From: Lama glama
Lineage: Eukaryota
Direction: 5' to 3'
NCBI GenBank assembly: GCA_028534125.1
Contig: CM052818.1
Location: 26,910,001 to 26,974,000, forward strand
DNA length: 64,000 nucleotides
The number at the start of each line of letters is the position of its first letter. The stretch's first letter is position 1. Of the stretch, positions 38,211 through 50,940 are shown in pieces. Made by a program: the position numbers and the translations under genes. The notes under the pieces were generated by a model. That model made no database searches, was not told the DNA's origin, and worked only from the letters and a program-made list of their open reading frames with translations.

Positions 38211-41200
38211 GCTAATACTATATTTCCCACGCAGAAACTGAAATTATCTTTATAAATTCAAATCTGCTACTTTGCTGAAAATGCTTCATTTGGTTACCTT
38301 ACCATAAAGATCAATTCCATAAAGTGTCCTCGAGCCCCTGCCTACTTCACCTCCTCATTTTATTTCATCTCATCCTATAGCCATATGCAGTATCCCTACA
38401 CGTCAAATGAAGATAGTCTTAATACTCACGACATAAGGATCAAGTCAATGCATATGTAATGCATTATTTTTATTGAGTAAATACTCAAAAAGTACCAGCT
38501 ATAAAAATAACAGTTGTTACTACTTTTCTCTTATTGCTTACATGTTGGCTATTTTGGGCTTCTTTCAACATCTCAAATGTACTAAGAACTTTCCTTCCTC
38601 AAGTGTTTGGATTTTGCTCAAAAGCTCCATCCCACCTTCTAATTAGTTTATACTCTTCCTTCATGTTTTAAACTGGTTACATTCTCATAAAAATGGTACA
38701 GCATTAATTTGCTTATTGCCATATACTAAAAACTATTATTTAAAGTATCTTTCTCTCCTACAATGAAAATGTATGGATTATCTCTTTAAGCTGGAATACA
38801 ATCAGCTCATCTGTTGTAATGTTACATGTTACGAGTTCTATGAGTTTGTGTGAAAGTGTCTATTAGCTGGTTCAAACCACTCCTACTCTTGTTACTTCAT
38901 GTCCTGCAGCTGGGGGGAAATCTGGGCCAGGAGATAACACAGATAATGGTAGAATTTTCCATCACAGAGAACAACTGCAAGTGCTAAAATTAACACATAT
39001 TGAACAGCAGAAGCATGTTGAGGGCCTGCAGGGTAGAGGGAGAGAGATGCAGTACATGCAGAATAAGTTAAGACTTGTTTGAAAGAACTTAAGGATACAT
39101 GGATTTCAAAAATTAAAACAAAAAGGTCCTGGACCTCATTTTTCTTAGTTTTCCAGCACAATGCCGAGATTTGTCCTCCCATCATGTTTATAAGAAAATA
39201 ACATACCATATTTGAATCCTTTCGAGAACTGACTTAATTTATGTTAAAGGACTATCAGGTGGGAGTTTGGAGTGGGAGGTCCTGTCCTGAGCAATTCTAG
39301 TCTAAATGAAGATTGGGTGTTTCTGCTGAGAAAAAGCTCCACCCAGGAAAGGAATAGTCTCTGTTGCATAGTTGGCAGGATAGCCAGTTTACAGAAATGT
39401 TCTCTACCCACCCCCCACGGTTATTTTTATGTAATGAAGATTACATTGTTTGAAACTCAGTTCCTGCCTTAGAAATGGGGGCACCGTGGTTTTTTTGTTT
39501 TTTTTTTTAAAGGAGAAAAAAATCTGTAAAATAGAGCTTTCATTCACTGGAAAATTTAAAAGAGAAAAGGGTAGATAAGCAAGAAATGGAGTTGATGGGG
39601 AGAAAGGATTTGGATGAGTTAAAAAACCAGTTTACCCTTGGTTTGAGAAATAAAATAGAAAGTTGGTCACCATCAATATTCCAGGAAAAGTGTTGCTACA
39701 GCCTAAGAGCTATATTATCATTTTACTGTCCCCCATGTTAGATATTTAGATTTGTTAAAGCAATCCTGATTTTAGATTTTTAAGTATTTATTTCTCTAAA
39801 TATCAGCCACTACCAAACTAAAATTCAATTTTAACTTCAAAATTAAATTTTTAATAGTTAAATTTATTAAGATAAATTAATTAGATAAAATGAATTTTAA
39901 TTTTGAACTTGAAATTAGGTAACTTTAATTTTCAACCAAAAGAAAATAATAGTAATAATAGTAATAATAACATTCGTAAATATTAGAAGCTATTTCCCCA
40001 TCCTACCAGAAGACTGTGGTGCAGATTTAACACTTGGACTCCAAGAAGAATTTCAGATCATTGAATTCCTTCACTTCCCAGCCTGTGATTGGATGTTTCC
40101 TCAACCCTGTTATCACTAGACTTCAAATCTAGGGAGTAAATTTGGAGGCTCAGGAAAGGTAAAGCAGGGACTCGCCCCGTTAACCAGGGCAGGCAGAAAG
40201 AAGTGAGAGGAATTAGGGAGCAGGCAGATGGTAGAAGCTGATAAACAGTGGCCCATTACACATCCCTCTTCCCCAGAGTTCTCTTCATCCTAACAGAGCT
40301 CTCTGTACAGTCAAGTGGTCCACCTTTTTTTTTTTTTTTTCTGGTCAGAATTCAGAAAGAGCCATCAAGGTCAATTTGAAGCCTTTTCTTTGACAGGTAG
40401 AGTCAGATAATGACACAAATAACTGGGCATTTTGGAGAGGTTTTTAAAAGCCACTCATTTTAGCAAAAAATACAAAAAAAATCAGATAAATTGTCGTTTT
40501 GGGGAGCCATAATCCCCATCCCACAAATTACACATATATAAGCCAAAAGAAAGCAAACAGTCCAATTATCTAAATAAGCTTTTAATTGCAAGATTTCTCA
40601 CTTTAAACTGGTTATTTTGATATATAAATCAATATTTTGACAGCTGTTCTCCATGCTTGGAAAAGAAATCCTATTTTGTGTGTCAGAGGCTTTATTAATT
40701 TAAAATGAAATGATTAGGAAACAATCAGCAACACCTTGAGGTCTGAGGCTTAATGGTTAAGCAAAGACATTTCCTTTTATTAAAGATTAACTCTGCTGAA
40801 TTAAAATTCTGAATAGGATATGAGAAAGGAAAAAGAGCAATTATTGAGCCTCAGGTAGTTATGATTTTTCACATGGTGTTATTTCAATTAGTCTTGTGAA
40901 TTCTCTAATACAATAAAAGCTATCATTATCCAGTATATATGTTATACATCAGGCACTGTGCTGGGGGATTTACATTTCTTCTCTCATTTAATCCTCACAG
41001 TAACTTTATAAGGTAAATACGACTCTCATATTTAAAATGAGAGGATTGCAGCTAAAGTAAGTTAAACTATTTGTCCAAGATTTCCAGATTTGGAAAATTG
41101 TAAAGTGAGGAGAAGATTTAGGTTTAACTTATTTTAAATGTCTGTTTAATTATTAAATGTTTTCAGGATTTTTTTTTCCAAATTCAAAAACATTTTTTGC

Positions 41201-41854
41201 TGTTGTTTCTGAAAATGCACATCAAGAGGGGACCCTGGGATGCCTGCCATGTTTAGTTTCATGATCTGGGTGGTGGTTACATCCAAGGGTTCAGTTTGTC
41301 AAAGTTCCTTGAGATGTTGTTTGCTTAGCACTTGTGAGCTTTTCTGTATGTATGTTATATGCGCTGAAATGTTTACTTAAAAAAAAAAGTAATTCATGCT
41401 GAACACAGAGAATGTGAAACACAGACAAACACAGAGGGAAAAAAAATTACTGTTAAGCTCACTACTCAAAAACATTTTAAGAAGCTAATTCAGTGTAGGA
41501 GGAAATGACAGGATTCATGGGCCTTATCATTTTAAAGCAATGTAGGGCAAAAGAACTCTAAGGGAAGGTCTTATTTTAAAAATCTTGTTGATTTTTATTA
41601 AATTACAAAAGAAATACTACCAGATGTGTAAATTTTTGGACAAAGAGAAAAGTAAATTTCTTCAGAATTCCACCTTAATATAACCACTGTTAATAGTTTG
41701 GTGTATTGAGTGAAGATTTTGTAACTGTATAGATCATAAATACTATTTTGAGTGTTTCTAAGTCCTTGAAAGGCAAAAAGGTAATAATAAAGTGAAACTA
41801 GGAATTAAAGCAGTGCTGTTGTATATCTGTGGTAGTCCAAGTTATCTACACATT

Positions 41855-41989
41855 TAATTTTTTTTTCTTTTTTTTACCTTTTGACCCCATTTATCCATTT
41901 TTCCCACCCTCCACCTCTGGCAACCACCAATTTGTTCTCTGTACCTATGAGCTTGGGTTTTTTTTGTTTGTGTGTTTGTGTATATGTGT

Positions 41990-42026
<37 letters not shown>

Positions 42027-42121
42027 TCATATGGTATTTGATTTATTTCACTTAGTATAATGCCCTCGAGTTCCAACTGTGTTGTTGCAAATGGCAAGAT
42101 TTCATTTTTTATGGCTGAATA

Positions 42122-42196
<75 letters not shown>

Positions 42197-42330
42197 ACAT
42201 CTTCTTTATCTATTAATCCATTGAGGGACACTTAGGTTGTTTCCATGTCTTGGCTATTGTAAATAATACTGCAATGAACATGGGAATGCAGATTATCTCT
42301 TTGAGAGTGATTTCTCTTCCTTCAGTAAGT
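41855..42330 (-). mobile_element. L1MA-like 3' region with embedded (TA)n and (TA)n(CA)n microsatellites
   Basis: acctctggcaaccaccaa; gttgcaaatggcaagatttcattttttatggctgaa; microsatellites at about 41993-42020 and 42127-42195. Confidence 0.85.
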
Positions 42331-43559
42331 TAAGAGTGGAGGCAACCTGTTAACGGAAAGATTAATGAACTAGCAATCAGGAATTCTGGTTTCTAGTTTT
42401 GGCTGTGCCACTCATTCAAAGCTTCATTATGAACAAGTTCAACTTCTTTGGACTTCAGTTTCCTAAGTTGTAAAATGAAAGGATTGGGCAGTATCTCAAA
42501 GGACACTTACAGTCAAAATAATTTATGACACAGGGAATTTAGCCAGGCCGGCATCAAACTTTTATTACAATAAAGAATGAATTCACAAAGCAGAAACATT
42601 CACTAACTGGGAGAAGAGAGCTAGCCATCTTTATTTGCAACCAGAGCAGATACAATGTGTTTCCTGTTCCTTCCATAGTAGTCATGGAAAGGTGGGGTGG
42701 GGGGTCACGGGGACAGGATGTCCTTCCCTGACATGTCACTCACCAGCCTGTATCTTTACATTTTTTCATGGCCATCAGGTCTGATATCCCAGAAGTCCAT
42801 CCCACAAAAGAATTACAAATAACTTGTTATGGAGACAAAATAAGGGCTTAATTTCATTTGTGAAATTTTTTCAGGTGCCTTCCTTTCATTATCACAGTAG
42901 TGTGAATTTATAGTGACAGAATTTCAAGGATTTGGGAGAAGTATAACATTTAGAAACACCTGAAAGATTTTGGTGTGCCTAATACTAATAGCCTAATAGT
43001 AGTAGGCTAATACTACTCCCAGTTTGCAAGTGAACTGCGGAAGAAACTGGGAACAGGACAAAAGAAAAGGCAGAAGTGCCTAGATACCTAAGATAGATCT
43101 GGGGAGCAGAAAGGGACTTTGTTCTTTCAGGCAGTGTTACTTTAAGGCACTGTAAGACTGTATATTTTCCAGTCTCCCTTTGATAAAGAGAACGGTATCA
43201 TTTATTCCTATATCCCTAGTGACAGAACTTACAATCAAATGTTTGTTGAAATGAGTATAAACTGCTCGAGAATAAGGAAAAACCGAGATCGAAATAACAG
43301 AGCCTTGGATATCTGAAACTTTTACAGGATTTACTGCAAGATTAACTACAAAGGGAAAGGGATTTCAGCAGAGCAGTGTTTCAGACAAGGTGTCAACTAC
43401 CCAGAATGTGAAAGAAGCAGAAAGCTTGAGTCCGGGAGAGGGATGATTGAAGTTCCCTCTAAGTGAAAACTGATCGGGCAACAGGTTTGAACCTGGAGTG
43501 AAAAAGGCAGGGGCGAAAGCGACAGGGAAGAACTGTGGAAGAGTCTAGGGTCGGAGTAT

Positions 43560-44620
43560 CACCCAAGTCGGAGCAGAAGGGAGAGGCTGAGTGCCCCGGC
43601 TGGAGAACCCCGGTCCTGGGGCCGGACCGGCGAAGCTCGCTTTGAGCTTGTTTCCTAACAGAACTACCAGGAAGCCCTAAAAGTCGTGCAGCTGGGGCTG
43701 GCACTTCGGGGCGATAACTTCCGCGTGTGTGTGTGTGTGCAACAGGGAGCGCCGCCCGAGAACTTCCGCGAGCGAGGGAGACTGGAGAACGACCCGCCAG
43801 TACCCCGCCGGGCCTGTGAGGAACCCGCGCTCCCCGCTGGGGACGGCCCACCTCCGCTGCGGGCCGGGGCGGGGCCGGGGGCGGGGCCGCGGCAGCGACC
43901 CAGCCGATCGCAGCCCCACAGGCCGCCTGGGCCACGCTCGCCGGCGCCACGCCCCCCGACTACATTTCCCAGCAAGCCCCAGGCCGCCCGCGCGCCGCAG
44001 TTGACCCATTTCCCGGCCCGTCCCGGGCTCGGCCGGCCCCCGCGCCCAGGCGGCTGCTCCCTGCTGACTGGGGTGTGGGCGGGGAGCGGCGGAGGGAGGA
44101 GGAGGTGCTGCTGGCCGCCGCCGTTGCCTCCGCTGCTGGGCGCCTGGGCAGCTCCCCGGGTTCCTGCGGCCGCCATGGACGAGCAGGCGGGTCCCGGCGT
44201 CTTCTTCAGCAACAACCACCCGGGCGCCGGCGGTGCCAAGGGTCTCGGGCCTCTGGCGGAGGCTGCCGCGGCCGGCGACGGGGCGGCTGCGGCGGGGGCG
44301 ACCCGAGCCCAGTACAGCCTCCCGGGTATCCTGCACTTCCTGCAGCACGAGTGGGCCCGCTTCGAGGTGGAGAGAGCCCAGTGGGAGGTGGAGCGGGCGG
44401 AGCTGCAGGTAAAGACCCTCCCGGCCTGGCCCTCTTCATCCCGCCTCTTCGCTCCCTTCCGCCCCGCCCCGGACCCTTCCCCCTCCCCCTCTCAGCCCTC
44501 GCTCGTCCCCTCCCCCTTTGCTCCCGCCCATCCCACCCAGAACCTCGTCCCCTTCCTCCCTTCACCTTTGCCTTTCGCCGACCCCACTTCCTCGAGCCGG
44601 CTTCCCACTCCCGCCTCTGA
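43560..44620 (+). promoter_or_regulatory. STRN: CpG island / STRN promoter
   Basis: The only strongly GC- and CpG-rich stretch in the window. Contains GC boxes (GGGGCGGGG at 43866-43886), ETS-like ACTTCCG (about 43717 and 43762) and an ACTACATTTCCCAG motif; no TATA box seen; overlaps the first exon. Confidence 0.92.
44175..44408 (+). CDS. STRN: Striatin (STRIPAK scaffold / PP2A B''' subunit), first coding exon
   Basis: Kozak GCCGCCATGG; MDEQAGPGVFFSNNHPGAGGAKGLGPLAEAAAAGDGAAAAGATRAQYSLPGILHFLQHEWARFEVERAQWEVERAELQ (caveolin-binding motif FLQHEWARF, start of coiled coil); donor CAG|GTAAAG. Confidence 0.97.
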
Positions 44621-47459
44621 TGCGTTGTTTACCTTCCCCGGTCCTTTTCGCCTGTTCCTTCCCACTCTTAACTCTCAGGCTCATTTCAGCTCTTCTTGCC
44701 AGTCCACATTTTAGGTCTTCCCTTTCAGTTTACTAATTGGACTGACTGTAGTTTTGAGAAATGAGCAAATCATCCCCTGTCCTAGTGAATCCCATCCTAG
44801 GTCTAGGGACGGTTCCCGTAAAAGGTATTGACAGTTGGCACCTCTGTCAGGAAGGTGATCAAGGAAGACAGCAGAAGTTGTGTTTGTGAGGCCTTGACTT
44901 TGGGCAAGAAGCTGCTGTTGGGCAAAAGTGTTACTAGGAATATCAGCTCCCTTTTTTTATATGTAAATATTTCTTCTCTTCTTTCTCCCTCACCCCCTCC
45001 CGCGTTTCTTTTAGGTAATTCAGGTTAATGGATTTTGAATGAAGGACGTAGATGATCACAGTCAGGTGGTGGTTCAGAGATGGTTTCCTGTTCTCAGAAT
45101 CAAAAACTTCCCAAGGGTTAATTTTATGTCAGGGTTTTGTGAGATTGTCTTGTATTTTAAAAGTAACTAAAAGGAGCTTTAAAGTTGGTTACATTTTCTT
45201 GCATAATCTGCAAGTTAAAGTATATCCAGGGAGGAGCTATTGTGGGCTCTTAGAAGAATCAAAGTGAGGCTGATACTTTACAGGCCATTCTGAATTGATA
45301 AGTAGGTTTCAGTGGCTGTTCTTAAAAGTTACAAGACATACACCAATTTCACAAGAAACTTAAAGAACTGTGAGTGGCTCTGCCTTTCTGTTTTACTGGC
45401 TGATCCTGCATGCTTTATGAAATCTGAGTACGATTTTAGTTGGTGAAACGCTGGAAGTTAAAATGCTACCCACTGTGTCACTTTTTGGTAGCATGTATTT
45501 TCTTTGGCACTTAAGAAAAAGAAAAGGAGAAACAGAATCATGTTAAACAGAATCATGTGCTGGAACAGGCTGCTCTGGTGTAGTGGAAGTGGTTGTGGAA
45601 AGAGCAAGCAGAAAGGGTTATAGTAGGAGCTGTGCTTGCTCTGTGACCTTGAGGAAATCCTTTAACCTCTCTGAACTTAAGTTTCATCATTTATGAATTC
45701 AGCATATTTATTGAATGCCAGCTGTGTGCCTCTAGGCCTTGGGATTAACAAAACCTCTGCCCTCATAGAGCTTATGTTTTAGTAGGGAGGCAAACAACCA
45801 GCAAATGCAACAGTATAGTATACTGATTCATAGTGACAACTGCTATGGGAAAAGTAGGGTACAGGAGAAGAGTGTGATGGGGCAGCTGTTTTAGGTGAGG
45901 TGGCCGGGAACAGCCTATGAGAGGAATTGAATGAAATGAGGAAATGACCTATGGTTTCTAAGATTCCCTCTGATTGTTTATTTCTCCAGTTTCATGTTTA
46001 TATACTTTGGCAACTTTTTCATCCCTCCTGTTATGTTACTTTAGTATCTAGTCTGTTGATATTTGTAATTTTTCTCATAATGAATCTGACCATGTCTGTA
46101 TAGTGACCAGTCTGCTTGAATGCTTCATCAGATGTATTCATAATTCACCTTTATTAGCAATGCATCCCATAAATGAGGTTGTGGATTTCAGACTTCAGGC
46201 AAGTATTAAAGGCAGGCTTCAACTGTATGTTGTACAGTTGTGGGTGATGAGTTTTGTATATAACTGCATAAGTTTTAATTTCTTTTCCAGTTTAGGGAAT
46301 GTAAGATAAACCACACTAATTTGTTCAAAAACAAACAAGAAAACAACTCTTATCTTTCTAGCATGGAAGCCTAATTTCCAAGCTATCTCAACCTCTGTCA
46401 CCTCCCTCCCCTCCATGTTTAACTTTTCCATTTACCTGTAACTGATGTCACTCTTCAGTTGTCTCCCCTCCACCCACACCCACCCACCCACCCACTACTT
46501 ACTGGGTTATTTATGGCAAATGTTAAGCTTCAGGTAGGTTTCCCATTGGTGCTCATCATATTAAGGACACTACATTTTTACAGTATCTTTTGGTTTGTGC
46601 TCCAGTTAAATTAAGCATCCATGGAGAAACTTAGAAAATGTGCCATAGTTTTTAAACAGAACAAGTATATATTTTAGGGGGAGAGAGTTTGCAGAAATCT
46701 TTGGCCTTTGACTCCCTCATTAGCATAATTGAAAATATATTTTAAAAACCATTTTACATCAACATCATTAAATTTGATCATATCCCTTCATTTTTCTTTT
46801 GCCATTGGAATTTTTCTAGAAACATAAGTAGGTAATTAAAATTGAATGAATGATGAAATTTGGATCAGTTGGTGTCCTCCTTTTAATTTTCAAATCTGTT
46901 CTGAAGTCATTAACACCAAAGTCAACAAAAATACCTTTAAGATTAGGTCTAATTTGTCTCTTCAGGAACCTGTCAGTCCTGCTCTTTCAAGTTGCCAGGG
47001 CAGAGCTGTGAAAGGCAATCCATGCTTTCATCTTCCTGGCCTGCCTGCACCACTTCCTCCATCCTTCAGACCTCGGGAATAAGGAACAGGCCACACTGTG
47101 CCGAAAACTTACTGGTCATTTTTTGCCCCCTTGCCCATCTTAGTTAAAATAAAACTTGTTTTCACTTTTGGCAATCCCCCCTCCCTGTCACCACCACCAT
47201 TCATATGAGACTAGGTAATTCATGGGAGTTAGGATGGTCAAGATTATTACTGAGCTTTATATTTGTGGAAGGAATTGGAGGTAGAATAAGTGAAAAATAG
47301 AAATTATTGTCCTAGGTTTTGATGTATCTGTGTGGTAGGGGCGGCTCTGCTGTTTACCTGAAAGTGCTGAATTGCGTGAAAAGGTGATATGTTATTAGGG
47401 CATGTGGTGTGGAGGTTGTATACTGGCATGTTTTTGAGTCTGGGTTTTAGCATTATTGT

Positions 47460-48260
47460 TTCATATTTTCATTCAACTAATGTTTTCAAGTAGCTACTTC
47501 ATGCCAGGTCCTGTTCTAAGGCACTGAAGAAACATCACGTTGAAAACAGATCCTACCTGCATGAAGTTTAAATCATGGTGGGAAGACAGGCAGTATAAAT
47601 GAATACATTCATAAAATATTAGGTGGTAATACGTGCCATGATAAAGTGAGGTTAGGAGGATATGATGCTTGAGAGCGAGGAGTAGGGAAGAAAGGCTTTA
47701 CTGATAAGGTGCTATTTGAGCAAAGACCTGAAAAGGTGAAATCTGAGGAAAGAATGTTCTAGGGCCAAGGGAGCAGTAAGGGGAAGGGGAAACATGCTCG
47801 GAATGTTTGAGGAATAATGAGGCAAGAGTGACTGGAGTAGAGAAGGAGGATGGAAAAAAATGAAGTTAGAGGTACTGGGTCTTGCTCATTGTAAGGACTT
47901 GATTTTTACTTCAGCAAGATGGACAACTGATGAAAAGTTTTGAGCAAAAGAGTGACACCATCTTAAATGGAATCCTTTGCAGGGATTCAGAGCAGACTGA
48001 GGGGAGGAAGGGAAATAAGGGTATACGAGTCAAAGAGTCTCATAGGGAGACTCTTTTAGTAATCCAAGCTGGAGATCAACTAGGGTAATAGTGACAAAAT
48101 GTGTGAATATATATTCACAGGTGATACACATTCAAAATGTAATGGGTTCTGAATACATTTTTGAAGGTAGAACTAGCGAGATGTGCAGGATAGGATGTGA
48201 GATTTGAGAAAAGGGGGAGTCAAGTCTGACTCAACTATTTTGACTGAGCAGCTTCTTAGG
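47460..48260 (-). mobile_element. L2 element, antisense
   Basis: cattcaactaatgttttcaagtagctacttcatgccagg...atttgagcaaagacctgaa...ttttgaaggtagaac. Confidence 0.7.
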
Positions 48261-49144
48261 ACTATTGAGATTTACTGAGCATTTAAATGGACAAAGTAAG
48301 CACTTACAATGACAGTTTACTTTTTGTTATTACTGTAACTATAATTTACAATTACATTGAAAGGCAACATGGCATAGACCTGTATTTAAATCTTTGCTTC
48401 AAAACTTACTACTTTATCTTATGCCAGAAATACATGTTTGCCATAATTCTGATTTCTCAGAATCTTAGTTTCTTCATATGTAAGGTGAGGATGATAAACT
48501 ACCTTATGAGAATTAAACAAGATATTTTAAAGTATCTAGCAGAGGTCTGGTACATAACACAAAGTAAGTGCTGAATAAATGAATGGAAGCAAGTGCATGA
48601 TGTTAAATTTGTACTCTCGTTTATCTCCTTGTCCCCAGAGAAAAGCAGAATCTCCAGTCATAAGCTCTTCTAAGGCTAGAGCATATTAGTGCCGTCCTGG
48701 GACCATGCAGTCTAATACTCCGGATCTGATGATGTCACGCAGAGACATTTAATAGGAGTGACTAATTATCTTCAGTGTCGACCTCAAAACATTGTATACT
48801 TCAAATGTACTTGCTTTTCTAAATAATCCATGTGTCTACTGTTTTGGAATTTATAGTTTTCTGAATATGTTTGTCTTAAGCTTGCATGACTTCTTGGATA
48901 ACAAATTGTATACATTTACTAACCACTCTATAAAACTAATTTTTGGTTTTATTCAACCCTTTAAACCGCTTCCTTTAAACTTGGAAAAGCTGAACCCCAT
49001 TGTGGTATGGTATAATTTTGTAAACAGGTTTGTTTTTCATTCTATTCATATTCTTGATAATTTTATAATCTATAACTATATCTTGGAAAGATGATAGAGG
49101 TTTTACTCTTTTAAAATATATTCTACTATTTGTCACTTTAGTTT

Positions 49145-49325
49145 GGTGTTTTTTAACTTTAGCTACAATCTTAGAATAATCTGGGAAACTTTAAAAATAT
49201 TCATTTCCTGGCTGGTACCCCCGACCATTGAAATCAGAATCTTAAGAATTAGAGTTCATGGCATTAGTATTCTTTTGAGTTCCCTAGTAATCGTAATATG
49301 TTGCAAAACTTGAAAACCAATGCTT
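49145..49325. mobile_element. MER5B-like hAT remnant
   Basis: ttagaataatctgggaaactttaaaaata...aaatcagaatct...ttgaaaaccaatg. Confidence 0.55.
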
Positions 49326-49819
49326 TAGTTGACCTTTTCTGTTTTTACATGTAGTTTCGTGATTTCAACACTTGTGTTGGTGTTCCTGATGTGGATGGCT
49401 TTTTATAGAATTTGGGATATAATTTGTTATGTTTCTATTATTCTTTCTAATGATAGCATTTTATTTTTAGGCAGTAGAATATTATAACTTGAATCACCTC
49501 TCTCTGACTGAGAGATATAATGATATAGTAGTCTGTGCTGGAATGAATTTTGGAAATAATCAGCTACAACCTTCTTTTACAGGTAAAGTGAAAGGTTAAA
49601 TGATGAGAATGAAATAGGTTTTGTAGCAGTTCTGTCACTTACATCACCACATACCCTTATGGGTTTTAAAAAACTTAAAAAAAAAAACTTTTCAAATACA
49701 TTGTCTTACTTGATCTTACAGCCTTCTGAGATAGAATCATGTTAATGTGATTTACCCTTTTTCTTTTTATTTCAAAACAACAGACAGAGATTTTACTATA
49801 TACTGTTTTCTAGCTCATT

Positions 49820-50940
49820 TTATTGGTTACATTGAAGATTTTTCTCTTGACTTTGGTGTGCTGTAGTTTCATAGTGATGTGTCAGGGTATAGATTTCCTT
49901 TTATTTTATTTGGGACTTTGTTAAGCTTGAATCTGGAGATAGACATCTCATTAGTTCTGCAAAATTCTCAGTCATTATCTCTTTAGATTTCTCTATCTTA
50001 CTCTCTTTTCCTTTTGGGTTTCTGATTACATGTATCTTAAGCCTTATTTATCTTTTGTACCTTTCCCCTCTTTTTATTTCTACATGCTTTATTCTGATTT
50101 ATCTTTCAGTCCATTAGCTTTCTCTTCAGTTGAAGCTAATCTTTTAAAGTCACCCAGTGAGTTTGTAATTTTGGTTATTGTTGAAGTTCAGCTTTTGGTT
50201 CCATTTAAAATCTGCTGGATCTTTCCTGTTCCCTGCAGATATTTTCAGCGTGGTTTTTAATTCTTTAAACCTGGTAAGTATAGTTATTTCAAAATTGGTG
50301 TCTCTCTTCTTCCTATTGTGAGTTCTTAGAGGTCCCTTTCTGTGATCTGTTATTTTTCCGGGTTCCTGCTAATGATTTGTTTCTTTGTATGCAGAGATAT
50401 CTTTGTGTGCTGCTCACTGTCCTTGAAAAAGTAGAAGACTAATCAGGTCTCAAATAATGGTATCTTCTTCAGAAAGTTTTGCCTTTGCTTCCAGTGGATT
50501 TTTAGAGGCATTACTTGGACTGAACCACTTTAAAGCAAATTCATTGTTTGAAGTTTTGAACCTCCCAGATAGCTGGTGCAGGTTTTGGTTGTGAATACAG
50601 ATGAGGGCCAGTATATTTCTGTGTCACTTTTGCCTTGAGGTTATAAGCCCTTTAGGGTCTTAGCTAAATGTAGGGAATAGCTCCTATTAGACTCTACACT
50701 TTGGATGGTTCTGGTCTTTGCATTTTGCCTTTTGGGTCCTGCAAGACTGTCCAAACTAAAGCTCAAATTTATTCTGATTGACTGGCACCCAAAGGGTAAA
50801 AGTGGCTTTTATTCTTTTACCAAACTGAGTTCCCATTTTTCCTTCAATTTTGGTCAAATAATTCCTTATTATCTATCAACTTAGCTTTTTAAGATGATTT
50901 TAAAAATACTTTATCCAGAATTTTTAGCTCTTTTTAATGG
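49820..50940 (-). mobile_element. Ancient L1M/HAL1 ORF1-region remnant, antisense
   Basis: gcttgaatctg...aaaattctcagtcattatctctt is typical of old L1 ORF1 read antisense. Confidence 0.55.

Noticed and set aside
42977..43017. Small hairpin/tandem motif (TAGCCTA...TAGGCTA)
   Set aside because: Only 7-bp arms in a low-complexity TAA/TAG repeat; consistent with slippage or chance.
43459..44736. Long overlapping ORFs (119-342 aa) on both strands
   Set aside because: Expected by-product of a GC-rich CpG island with few stop codons; low-complexity Pro/Gly/Arg/Ala translations. Only 44175-44408 is recognisable protein.
48720..48870. Box C/D snoRNA (CTGATGA ... CTGA)
   Set aside because: Imperfect C box, no terminal stem and no recognisable rRNA/snRNA antisense element.
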